Assembly: GCA_052034935.1 (NCBI GenBank)
Contig: JBPOIB010000001.1
Coordinates: 316,348-380,347, forward strand
DNA: 64,000 nt
Direction of reading: 5' to 3'
Source: Candidatus Moraniibacteriota bacterium
GTDB lineage: Bacteria; Patescibacteriota; Minisyncoccia; Moranbacterales; UBA1568
Shown here: positions 9,682 to 18,200 of the stretch, one piece after another
Position numbering within the stretch: position 1 is the stretch's first letter
How the letters are laid out: the number at the start of each line of letters is the position of its first letter
The notes under the pieces: generated by a model
Told to the model about the DNA's origin: nothing
What the model saw: the letters and a program-made list of their open reading frames with translations, nothing else
The model's database searches: none
Position numbers and translations under genes: made by a program

Positions 9682-11367
9682 TTATTCTTTGGGCAGATCA
9701 AGTTTTTTCGGAGTAACGAGAATCCATGGGTGTTGTTCCATCCAATCGGCAAAAAGAAAATTCACCATAATCCGGACAAGCACAACGGCCGTGAAAAGCG
9801 AGAGAAGTACACCGAGCGCCAGAATGAAAGCAAAGCCCTTCACGAAGCCCGTCCCCATGCCCATAAGGATGACCGTGGTGATGATGGTCGAGAGGTGCCC
9901 ATCGCGAATTGACGGCCAGGCGCGGCGAAAACCTTCCTGCAAGGCCTTCCGCATCGACTTACCAAAGGCGAGCTCTTCGCGAGTACGCTCGAAGATAAGC
10001 ACGTTGGCATCGACCGCGATACCGATCGAGAGGATGAATCCGGCGATACCGGAAAGCGTGAGAGTAATCGGAAAGGGTGTAAACGCGGAGAGCTTGAAAA
10101 GCGCGAGAAGCATCGCCGAATAAAGGAGCAGCGCCAGAACAGCAATGAAACCAAGGAAACGATAGAAAAGGAGCATAAAAACCGAAACGGCTGCAAGACC
10201 GATGATACCGGCTCGGACGCTCTGGTCGAGAGCTGACTTGCCGAGCGAAGCGTCGATTGATTGCTGCGAGACGAGTGTGATCGGCACCGGGAGCGCTCCC
10301 TCGTTGAAACGCTTTACTTCAGCATTCGCCTCGGCCAAGGTAAAGTCGCTGGTAATGACCGCCTGGCCATCGCGGATTTCCGCCTGCACGGTCGGCTGAC
10401 TCATGATCTGGCCGTCGATGAAAATCGCGACCGGCTTCCCAATATTGCGCGAAGTGATATCGGCGAACAACTGTTTGCCTTCATCATTGAACCGGAGTGC
10501 GATCTGCGGCGATCCAATCCCCTGACTCTGGTAATCGACAAAGACATCAGTGAGGTGCTTACCCGAGAGTCCAGTCGCTTTGTACTTGAGCTGCGGGGCG
10601 TCATCGAGCGAGTACTTGGGGAAGAGGATATGCGCGATATTCACCTCACGCTCCTCACCCTCGCCCCGTTCATCGAGCTTCTTGATGATATGCCAGCCGA
10701 AAGTCGTCTCGACCAAAGCCGGATGAATCGCACCCTTCCCGAGGTTCGGATCGAAGGCAACCGCATCGAATTCCGGTACATAGGCACCCTGCTTGGCGAA
10801 ACCGAGCTCGCCGCCGGTTTCCTTTGCTCCCGGGTCCTGGCTCCAGGTCATTGCGAGCTCGCTGAAATCACTCCCCGCTTTCGCGTTATCGAGAATTTTG
10901 TCGGCCGTATCCTTCGACTGTGCATTATAGGTATCAATTTCGGTCTGCGCCTCCGGACCGGCCAGCTCCCGGAATTCGAGGAACGGCGTTTCCTTGATGA
11001 GATTCTTCGCTTCTTCGATGTCTTTGATGCCGGGCAGCTCGACGATGATCCGGTTCTCGGTCCCCGAACGCGAGAGCTGGACAACTGGTTCTCCAACACC
11101 GAAAGCGTTCACGCGCCGTTCGATCACATCGACCGCCGCCTGAAGCGCTTCATCCTGCTTCGCTTCGTCCACATCCGAGGTATCCGCCGCGTATTCAAGA
11201 TGGATGCCACCCTGGAGATCGAGGCCGAGATTGATTTGGGCCTGCTCGAAGAACCGCTCAATGGGCGGTACGAAGAAAGCGATTTTCGGGTAGGCAATCA
11301 GACTCGACGCCAGGGCGAGGAGAACGACACCCGCGAACTGATAGCGGAGGCGCTTGATAGCGTTCAT
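9682..11367 (-). CDS. secD: protein translocase subunit SecD carrying an inserted parvulin-type PPIase domain in the periplasmic P1 region
   Basis: N-terminal TM, then LGLDLQGG motif; aa about 140-235 read SDFSELAMTWSQDPGAKETGGELGFAKQGAYVPEFDAVAFDPNLGKGAIHPALVETTFGWHIIKKL, near-colinear with E. coli PpiC (ADFGKLAKKHS...GGDLGEF...MVPAFDKVVF...TQFGYHIIKVL); C-terminal 6-TM SecD core with RND-like motifs. Confidence 0.85.
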   Translation of the reverse strand: MNAIKRLRYQFAGVVLLALASSLIAYPKIAFFVPPIERFFEQAQINLGLDLQGGIHLEYAADTSDVDEAKQDEALQAAVDVIERRVNAFGVGEPVVQLSRSGTENRIIVELPGIKDIEEAKNLIKETPFLEFRELAGPEAQTEIDTYNAQSKDTADKILDNAKAGSDFSELAMTWSQDPGAKETGGELGFAKQGAYVPEFDAVAFDPNLGKGAIHPALVETTFGWHIIKKLDERGEGEEREVNIAHILFPKYSLDDAPQLKYKATGLSGKHLTDVFVDYQSQGIGSPQIALRFNDEGKQLFADITSRNIGKPVAIFIDGQIMSQPTVQAEIRDGQAVITSDFTLAEANAEVKRFNEGALPVPITLVSQQSIDASLGKSALDQSVRAGIIGLAAVSVFMLLFYRFLGFIAVLALLLYSAMLLALFKLSAFTPFPITLTLSGIAGFILSIGIAVDANVLIFERTREELAFGKSMRKALQEGFRRAWPSIRDGHLSTIITTVILMGMGTGFVKGFAFILALGVLLSLFTAVVLVRIMVNFLFADWMEQHPWILVTPKKLDLPKE

Positions 11368-11426
11368 ATAGCCCCCAGTATAAGCCAGATTATCCCCTTG
11401 AGCAAGACGAGGCGAACGAGGTGTTT

Positions 11427-13139
11427 TTACCCTCGTTTTTTGCCGAGACGCTCTTGGAGGCGCTTCAGCCGACGCTTCGCTTCTTGTTCCAATCGCTTGG
11501 CATAGGTGGCATAATCAGCGATTGGCGCCAGCTTACCATCCGCGATGAGATAGGCATGATCGAGTTTCACATGTGAGAGGAAAGTCCGGTCATGTGTCAC
11601 GACAATAAGCGTCCCGGTATAGGCCGAGAGAGCGTCTTCCAACGCTTCGATTGCTTCGAGGTCGAGATGGTTGGTCGGTTCATCGAGCGTGAGAACATTC
11701 GCCCCCTGATGGACGAGCGAGGCGAGGACGAGCCGGACGCGCTCGCCCGGGCTCAGTCGGCCGATCTTCACGTCGGCTTCATCGGGAATGAACCCAAACT
11801 GAGCGAGCATCAGGAGTACACGCTCGCGCTCGAAGACACGATAGCGTTTGGCGAAGTAGGCAATCGGGGTGAGATCGAGCGGCAGATTCTCCCCTTCCTG
11901 CATGAGGTCACCGAAGATCACTCCTTTGCTCAGCCGGACCGTGCCGACAATCGGGTCCAGATGGCCGGTGATTGTTTTTAAAAGTGTCGACTTACCAGCG
12001 CCATTCTCGCCAAGAAGTGCCACGCGAGAACCAAACGGCAGTCGAAGCGTGATACCACTTACAACACGCTTCTCTTTCGCGTAGCCAACAGAAACTCGCG
12101 TCAGAGTCACCGCTGGTGGAGCAATCTTCGTATCGGGTGCCAGCTCGAACTCCAAGGGTGGCCGCTCAAACGGCTTCTCGTGTTCGTTCAATCGATCAAG
12201 CCGGCCTTCAAGCGCTTTGGCTGAACCAGTGAATTTCTTAATGGCACGTTCTTTTTTGTAATTCGAAGCGAGTTTGTCACGGTCCGGTCCGCGTTTTTTC
12301 TTCGTCTCATCGGCCCAGTGGATTTTCTCCGCCGCCGAAGTGACCACTCGGTCGCGCTCACGCTGCTCGGCGCCGTAGAGTTCCTTGGCCCGCCGAAAAA
12401 GATGCGCCTTGGTCTCGGCATAGGTCGACCAGTTGCCATTATAAATCTGGGCCGAATGCTTCATTGGATCGATCGCGAGCACACGCGTCACCACGTGGTC
12501 GAGAAAAGCCCGGTCATGTGATGCGACCAGTATCGTTGTGCCAGAACGGACGAGATAGGCCTCGAGCCAGAGCAGTGCGACCAAGTCAAGATTATTCGTC
12601 GGCTCATCGAGGAGGAGGAGATCGACACCCGAAAGAAGCACAGCAGCGAGACTGAGCTTACGCTTTTCACCACCCGAAAACGTATCGAGTGGACGGTTCA
12701 GATCAAGCGAGACCAAAGCGAGGCCATCGAGTATTCCCTTGGCCCGGTCGAGGAAAGCGTAGCCGCCGAGACGCTCGAAGTTCTCTTGCGCCTTTTCATA
12801 TTCGGCGAGCTTGTCTGGATCAGCGATGTATGGCTCGAGCGCAAGCATTTCCTCCTCAAACCGGCTCACCCCGCTCGAGCGACGGAGAAATTCCAGGGCT
12901 GTCTCTTTTCCTTCGACCTTGGTTTCCTGCGGCAAGTAGCCGACGAGCTTATCTTTTGTGATCGTCACGAAGCCGCGATCCGCTGGCTCGAGACCAGCGA
13001 TGATTTTGAGGAGGGTCGACTTGCCCGTACCATTCTCCCCCACCATCGCCATCCGCATCCCGGCAGGCAGCGCAAACGAGACTTCGTGGAGAAGCCGTCT
13101 GGTACCAAAACTTTTGCGGAGTCGCTTCACCGCGAGCAT
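11427..13139 (-). CDS. ABC-F family ATPase (two tandem ABC domains, no TM; EttA/Uup-like translation factor)
   Basis: Two Walker A motifs (GENGTGKST, GENGAGKST), two signature/Walker B regions, linker between domains, C-terminal basic tail; 570 aa. Confidence 0.88.
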   Translation of the reverse strand: MLAVKRLRKSFGTRRLLHEVSFALPAGMRMAMVGENGTGKSTLLKIIAGLEPADRGFVTITKDKLVGYLPQETKVEGKETALEFLRRSSGVSRFEEEMLALEPYIADPDKLAEYEKAQENFERLGGYAFLDRAKGILDGLALVSLDLNRPLDTFSGGEKRKLSLAAVLLSGVDLLLLDEPTNNLDLVALLWLEAYLVRSGTTILVASHDRAFLDHVVTRVLAIDPMKHSAQIYNGNWSTYAETKAHLFRRAKELYGAEQRERDRVVTSAAEKIHWADETKKKRGPDRDKLASNYKKERAIKKFTGSAKALEGRLDRLNEHEKPFERPPLEFELAPDTKIAPPAVTLTRVSVGYAKEKRVVSGITLRLPFGSRVALLGENGAGKSTLLKTITGHLDPIVGTVRLSKGVIFGDLMQEGENLPLDLTPIAYFAKRYRVFERERVLLMLAQFGFIPDEADVKIGRLSPGERVRLVLASLVHQGANVLTLDEPTNHLDLEAIEALEDALSAYTGTLIVVTHDRTFLSHVKLDHAYLIADGKLAPIADYATYAKRLEQEAKRRLKRLQERLGKKRG

Positions 13140-13415
13140 AGCTACAATTCGCTCAATTAATGATTCCTTACTCTATACTCTTTCTCCAAAAAAATCAAGG
13201 CTTTTATGGCTTAATGAAGCTTCTCCATCATCATTGACCCCGTTAGAAGTCACAATTATTCCCCTTAGTATTTTTTGGCTTAAATATGGGATATTTATGT
13301 TTATTTTATAACACACTACTAACAAACTTCTAACGGGGTTGACTTTTTGATTAAAATTCACTACTGTATTGATTCCATATCTCATGGAAATTTCTTTACC
13401 AACCTGGAGACATTC

Positions 13416-13628
13416 ATGAAGAATCTCCTCATTTTCATCGTGGCGTCCCTCGTCACATGCTGGGGAGCACTCCTCTTTATGGATGCCCTCAATCAACCAG
13501 TCGAAACGGACATTGTTCGCGGTGTCATCGGTTTCGCACTCTTCGTAGTCGGCCAGTGGGTTGCCGCCTACTTCTTCCTTAGACATCACTCCCCTCCACC
13601 AACCGACTCGAAAGGAACCTCATCATGA
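13416..13628 (+). CDS. small two-TM membrane protein (70 aa), first gene of a 3-gene small-protein operon
   Basis: ATG at 13416 preceded by GGAGA 5 nt upstream; predicted helices LLIFIVASLVTCWGALLFM and VIGFALFVVGQWVAAYFFL; the ORF track shows a longer 93-aa version starting at 13347. Confidence 0.5.
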   Translation: MKNLLIFIVASLVTCWGALLFMDALNQPVETDIVRGVIGFALFVVGQWVAAYFFLRHHSPPPTDSKGTSS

Positions 13629-13843
13629 AACTTGACCGTACCGAAAAGGGAGCCCTGACTTCGGTCATCGGTGCTCTGTTCATCGCCTTCATGGGGATCA
13701 TCTACGAAGATCTTCGTCATGATCCAAGTGCGGTCGCCAAGTATTGGCAGAACATCATGTTCTGGCTGATGATGCTCGGCCTCGCACTCTTCGTAAGTGG
13801 CGCCGGCATCGTCTACGGCACTCGCATGCTCACGCACAAGTGA
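13625..13843 (+). CDS. small two-TM membrane protein (72 aa), second gene of the operon (start overlaps previous stop, ATGA)
   Basis: AAAGGA RBS upstream; helices LTSVIGALFIAFMGIIY and IMFWLMMLGLALFVSGAGIVY. Confidence 0.5.
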   Translation: MKLDRTEKGALTSVIGALFIAFMGIIYEDLRHDPSAVAKYWQNIMFWLMMLGLALFVSGAGIVYGTRMLTHK

Positions 13844-13854
13844 AGGAGAACATC

Positions 13855-14088
13855 ATGACGAACAACTTGGCCGATTGGAGGGTTCGACTCATCGAGGCCG
13901 TCACTCAACTCCAGTCCGGAAGTGTTGGCGCGTACGCCATCATCCTCGACGCCGAGAGCTTCGGCGAAGACAGTGCCGTGATGCACGCCTGCCGAGACGT
14001 CCTGGCTGAAATGGCCGTCACAGACGATGAACTCAGACTCTGGTTCCGGAACTACCAGGAACGGATCACGCGACCTGTCCCCGCCTGA
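13855..14088 (+). CDS. small soluble protein (78 aa), third gene of the operon
   Basis: ATG at 13855 preceded by AAGGAGAA (perfect SD) directly after the stop of the previous gene; the ORF track shows an unlikely N-terminal extension from 13744. Confidence 0.5.
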   Translation: MTNNLADWRVRLIEAVTQLQSGSVGAYAIILDAESFGEDSAVMHACRDVLAEMAVTDDELRLWFRNYQERITRPVPA

Positions 14089-14107
14089 CGGCCATGCCCC
14101 GTCACAC

Positions 14108-14156
14108 AAAAGCCGCACCACCGAGAAACCCCTCAACGGTGCGGCTTTTGAATTTT
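14108..14156. terminator. bidirectional rho-independent terminator between convergent genes
   Basis: Stem AAGCCGCACC (14110-14119) / GGTGCGGCTT (14138-14147) flanked by A-run and T-run. Confidence 0.6.
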
Positions 14157-14184
14157 CTCCACCCTATCTATTATCTAAGTACTA

Positions 14185-14745
14185 TCAGCTCTTCACTTTT
14201 TTCAGATAGTCTTCTGTTTCTTGCAGTACACGCTTCGCATTCACGAAGGTCACTTTTTCCAATGCTCGGTTAAATGGGAGCCAGAGTGAACCGATATGCT
14301 CATGAGAGATTTTCACTTCGGTACTCCCATTCGCAAGGGCTGGATAGAAATGGACTATCTTGAAAATCCAAGTGCCCCGGCCTTCGCGCTTCCGACGTTC
14401 ATATTCATTGCCACGTGCCTCGTAGAAATACTTGATACTGACTCGCTCCGGATACACATCGAGTTCACTGATCCCGGTCTCTTCTTCCGTTTCACGCCGG
14501 AGCGTATCAACTTCCGTTTCACCACTCTCGATATGTCCCTTGGGGAAATCAAAATGCCCACTCGGATACTGAAGGATGAGGTATTCCCGCTCACCTTGTT
14601 CCGACCGTCGAAACAGAACGCTGCCAACCGAAACTTCCCAGACCGTCGGGAAGCCGAAAAGGCCAAGTGCCTGGCACAAAAATTTGTTCACAGGAAGGTG
14701 CATATGTCTCCAGATTACAGGGAAAAAAGACGATTGACAAAGCAC
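14185..14745 (-). CDS. NUDIX hydrolase (Ap4A/NudH-like; true start may be Met at 14703)
   Basis: Nudix box GHFDFPKGHIESGETEVDTLRRETEEETGI. Confidence 0.8.
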   Translation of the reverse strand: MLCQSSFFPVIWRHMHLPVNKFLCQALGLFGFPTVWEVSVGSVLFRRSEQGEREYLILQYPSGHFDFPKGHIESGETEVDTLRRETEEETGISELDVYPERVSIKYFYEARGNEYERRKREGRGTWIFKIVHFYPALANGSTEVKISHEHIGSLWLPFNRALEKVTFVNAKRVLQETEDYLKKVKS

Positions 14746-14815
14746 CCTGGATAGGATTAACTACCGCTTCTTCCTCCGATGGTGGTACAACTTCGCTATA
14801 CCGTATAATACAAGT

Positions 14816-16948
14816 ATGTCCTCTGTCTTCTCAATCTTCCGCTGGCTCGCACGCCAAACGAGCTGGCTCATTCTCATCCTCACGCTCGGACTCGTCGTCG
14901 GAGGCTTTTCTATCTATTACTTCGACGCCTCGGAGGCACTCAATCTGGACGAACACCCACTCTCTGAAGCGTCAGTCATCTATGATCGGACTGGTAAGGA
15001 AGTTCTCTATCAGATCTATGGAGAGGAGAACCGGCGCGTCGTGGCGCATGAAGACATCCCCGAATCAATTCGCCTCGCGACGGTTGCTGCCGAAGACGCT
15101 CATTTCTTCACTCATCCCGGTATCGACCTCATTGCAATCGTCCGCGCTGCGATCGTCAATGTCCGAGACAAGGAGATATCCCAGGGCGCCTCGACCATCA
15201 CTCAACAGCTCGCGCGCGCGCTTTTCCTGACCCGAGAGCGAACCTGGGTACGCAAAGTCCGAGAAGTTATCCTCGCGATCAAGATCGAGAAGTCACTCTC
15301 GAAAGAAGAGATTCTTGACCTTTACCTCAACACTGTTCCCTACGGCTCGAACGCGTACGGCGTTGAAGCAGCAGCGGAAACCTTTTTCGGGAAACCAGCG
15401 AAAGAACTGACCCTCGACGAAGCAGCACTCCTCGCCGCAATGCCGAATGCGCCAACTTTGTATTCACCCTATGGTAAGAATCAGAAAGAGCTCGTCGAAC
15501 GAAAAGAATCCATCTTAAAGAAGATGCGCGAACTCGACTTCATCAAGACAGATGAGCTAGACACCGCGCTCGCAGCGAAGACACTCGAAAAAGTCATTCC
15601 GATCGAACGCCGTATCCAGGCCCCGCACTTTGTTTTCTATGTCCTCGAAACACTGAAGCGAGAGTATGGGCTCGAAGCGCTGCAGACAGAGGGGTACGAT
15701 ATCTATACTTCAATCGATCTCGGTCTTCAGAAGGAAGCCGAGGGAATCGTCGCGGACGGAGTCAAGAAAAACCTTCCCCGTGGTGCATCGAACGGAGCGA
15801 TGGTCGCCCTCACCCCGAAGAACGGCGAAATCCTCGCTATGGTCGGTAGCCGCGACTACTTCGATACGAGGATTGATGGCCAGGTCAACGTCGCGATTGA
15901 AAAGCGCCAGCCCGGGTCGACCTTTAAACCGTTTGCGTACGCCACCGCCTTCACGAAAGGTTTTGCGCCCGATACCCGCATTTATGACGTGCCGATTAAC
16001 TTCGGTCCTGATGGTACCGGCAAAGACTATGTCCCGAGTAATTACGATGGTAAGTTCCGTGGACTCCTCACGATGCGGGCAGCATTATCACAATCACTCA
16101 ACATTCCGGCCGTTTCGACGCTCTTTCTCGCCGGGATTCCCGACACAATCGCACTCGCAACTTCCCTCGGCATCAGCACCCTGACCGAGCCGTCGCGTTA
16201 CGGCCTCGCGCTGGTCTTGGGGGGTGCCGAAGTGAAGCTCGTCGATCTGACAAGTGCGTTCGGCGTTTTCGGCCAGGAAGGAAAACGTGTCCCCGCTGAT
16301 GGCATCCTCCGAGTCGTCGACCGCGAGGATCGGGACGTTTATAAGCGCATCACAAATCCCGATACGGTGCTCAAGGCGAACGTCACAAGAGCCATCAACT
16401 CCATTCTTTCCGACAATGCTGCCCGAACGCCAGTCTTCGGTCCTTCGAGTCCGATCGCGTTTCCCAAAGGCACTGGCGTTGCCGCCAAGACCGGAACGAC
16501 ACAGAATTTCCGCGATGCCTGGACGGTCGGCTACACCAGCGATGTCGCCCTCGGCGTCTGGACCGGGAACAACGATAACACCCAGATGGAGGAAGGTGCC
16601 GATGGCATCTACATGGCCGCGCCGATGTGGCGCGCGATGATGGACAAGCTCATCGAGCGCTATCCGCCCGCGCCATTCACCGATTACACCAACGAGGCCG
16701 GATCAATCGAAGGAGCCGACCCGAGCAACATTATTGGCGAGCCGAAAATCGTTTACTATGACCGCAAGTCAGGAAAGAAAATTTCTGAGACGAAAGCCAA
16801 GAAGAAACGGCAGAGTGATGTCGAAACGCGCATCGTCGATGGCGGAACAACGTTTGAATATTCAACTGAAAAAGGCACTGGCGAGCTCCTCTTCAAACCA
16901 TCGAACGCAACTGACCTCCTCAAGATCTACTATCCCGAAGGGAACTAG
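14816..16948 (+). CDS. class A penicillin-binding protein (PBP1A; glycosyltransferase GT51 + transpeptidase)
   Basis: N-terminal TM; GT51 motifs EDAHFFTHPGID and GASTITQQLAR; transpeptidase motifs STFKP (SxxK), SQSLN (SxN), KTGTT (KTG). A perfect TATAAT at 14804-14809 lies only 6 nt before the ATG, which suggests a leaderless mRNA. Confidence 0.9.
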   Translation: MSSVFSIFRWLARQTSWLILILTLGLVVGGFSIYYFDASEALNLDEHPLSEASVIYDRTGKEVLYQIYGEENRRVVAHEDIPESIRLATVAAEDAHFFTHPGIDLIAIVRAAIVNVRDKEISQGASTITQQLARALFLTRERTWVRKVREVILAIKIEKSLSKEEILDLYLNTVPYGSNAYGVEAAAETFFGKPAKELTLDEAALLAAMPNAPTLYSPYGKNQKELVERKESILKKMRELDFIKTDELDTALAAKTLEKVIPIERRIQAPHFVFYVLETLKREYGLEALQTEGYDIYTSIDLGLQKEAEGIVADGVKKNLPRGASNGAMVALTPKNGEILAMVGSRDYFDTRIDGQVNVAIEKRQPGSTFKPFAYATAFTKGFAPDTRIYDVPINFGPDGTGKDYVPSNYDGKFRGLLTMRAALSQSLNIPAVSTLFLAGIPDTIALATSLGISTLTEPSRYGLALVLGGAEVKLVDLTSAFGVFGQEGKRVPADGILRVVDREDRDVYKRITNPDTVLKANVTRAINSILSDNAARTPVFGPSSPIAFPKGTGVAAKTGTTQNFRDAWTVGYTSDVALGVWTGNNDNTQMEEGADGIYMAAPMWRAMMDKLIERYPPAPFTDYTNEAGSIEGADPSNIIGEPKIVYYDRKSGKKISETKAKKKRQSDVETRIVDGGTTFEYSTEKGTGELLFKPSNATDLLKIYYPEGN

Positions 16949-18195
16949 TCGCGACGCAGCGCCTCCATCGGCGTAAGCTCTGAAGCGCGGTATGCCGGAG
17001 CGATACCGAAGACAAGACCAACAAGCATGGAGAAACCTGCGCCAAGAAGGAAGGATTGGAATGAGAACGAAAGCGGCAGAGCGAAGCCGAATGAAGCAAA
17101 AACGAAGCTCAGGGCGACTGTAAGGAGCATCCCGAGCACAATGCCGATGAGTCCGCCAAGGAGCGTAATAATGAGTGCTTCGAAAAGGAATTGACTGAGG
17201 ATACTCCCCGATGTCGCGCCGACCGCCTTGCGCAGGCCGATTTCGGAGGTACGCTCTGAGACTGAAACATACATGACATTCATGATACCAACGCCGCCGA
17301 CCACAAGCGATATGGAGGTAAGTGCCAAGAGGAGGATAGACAGCGATCCAAGCACGTCCCCAAGCGTTTTCTGTGCCTCTTTGGTTGAGGTCACCGAGAA
17401 GTCATCCTTGTCCGGATCATCGATATCGTGCCGCGTGCGAAGCAAAGCGACGATATCCGCGACCGTCCGCACTTCTTGAGTCGGATCAGTCATTTTGACA
17501 GAAATGAATTGGACATAGTCGACACCGAGCAGCTTTTTCTGGAGTGTCCGAACCGGCACATAGGTGAACGTATCGAAATTGAGAAAAGCGACCGCCCCGC
17601 GTGGCTCGAGCACACCGATTACGCGGTACTTCCCCCCCTTCAGGGTAATTGATTCTCCAACAGCATTATTCTGGCCGAAAAAAGTCTCCTTCGTATCACT
17701 ACCGAGAACAGCTACCTGGGCCAGACTTTCATCTTCACTTTCGGTGAAAAAACGCCCACTTTCAAGCTTGAGGTTACCATCAATCTCCGCTACCTGTGCT
17801 CCCGTCCCGAACAGCGAGATACGCTTCCCGGTCGATCCGTATGTCGCCCGTTCTTGACCGATGGTGCCAGCGTAGACTGCAGCGACATTCGGTAGTTTCG
17901 CGATCGCTTCGCCATCTGCAACGGTCAGTGTTGTGATCTGGGTCCCTTGGGCGCGCGAGGTTGCATTTTCGTTCGACATGCTCGTCGTACTTGGAATCTT
18001 CACTTCGACTTGCACCAGGTCTGTCCCAAAGCTTTCGACCTGTCCCAAAATGTATCCTTTTACTCCCTCTCCAAGACTCGTGACAACCACGATCGCAAAG
18101 ACTCCAATCACGACGCCAAGCAAAGCTAATGCCGTCCGGGCCTTGTGCGTACGGATAGTCTTCAGGGCGAAACGGAGCGATTGAGTGTACTTCAT
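16945..18195 (-). CDS. ABC transporter permease, FtsX/MacB family (second of two tandem paralogs; ORF track extends to 18336)
   Basis: N-terminal TM, large MacB-like periplasmic domain, C-terminal FtsX 3-TM domain; ATG at 18195 gives N-terminus MKYTQSLRFALKTIRTHKART, paralogous to the upstream permease. Confidence 0.8.
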   Translation of the reverse strand: MKYTQSLRFALKTIRTHKARTALALLGVVIGVFAIVVVTSLGEGVKGYILGQVESFGTDLVQVEVKIPSTTSMSNENATSRAQGTQITTLTVADGEAIAKLPNVAAVYAGTIGQERATYGSTGKRISLFGTGAQVAEIDGNLKLESGRFFTESEDESLAQVAVLGSDTKETFFGQNNAVGESITLKGGKYRVIGVLEPRGAVAFLNFDTFTYVPVRTLQKKLLGVDYVQFISVKMTDPTQEVRTVADIVALLRTRHDIDDPDKDDFSVTSTKEAQKTLGDVLGSLSILLLALTSISLVVGGVGIMNVMYVSVSERTSEIGLRKAVGATSGSILSQFLFEALIITLLGGLIGIVLGMLLTVALSFVFASFGFALPLSFSFQSFLLGAGFSMLVGLVFGIAPAYRASELTPMEALRRD

Positions 18196-18200
18196 AAAGA

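Noticed and set aside
11368-11410. Putative secD promoter TTGCTC-N17-TATACT with a GGGGG Shine-Dalgarno
   Set aside because: The -10 hexamer sits only 9 nt from the ATG, so the GGGGG would lie upstream of the transcript start. Promoter and SD interpretations are mutually exclusive, so I did not call either.
10261-11505. 414-aa ORF on the plus strand
   Set aside because: Entirely antisense to secD; composition typical of shadow ORFs (Arg/Leu/Glu-rich, no motifs).
13140-13415. AT-rich 275-bp region considered as a replication origin
   Set aside because: No DnaA-box-like 9-mers (TTATCCACA or variants) and no dnaA/dnaN nearby; better explained as a promoter/operator region or a small inserted element.
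13173-13589. 138-aa minus-strand ORF in the AT-rich island
   Set aside because: Overlaps the better-supported plus-strand small-protein gene (which has an SD and an operon context); acidic low-complexity translation with no RBS, so likely spurious, though not excluded.
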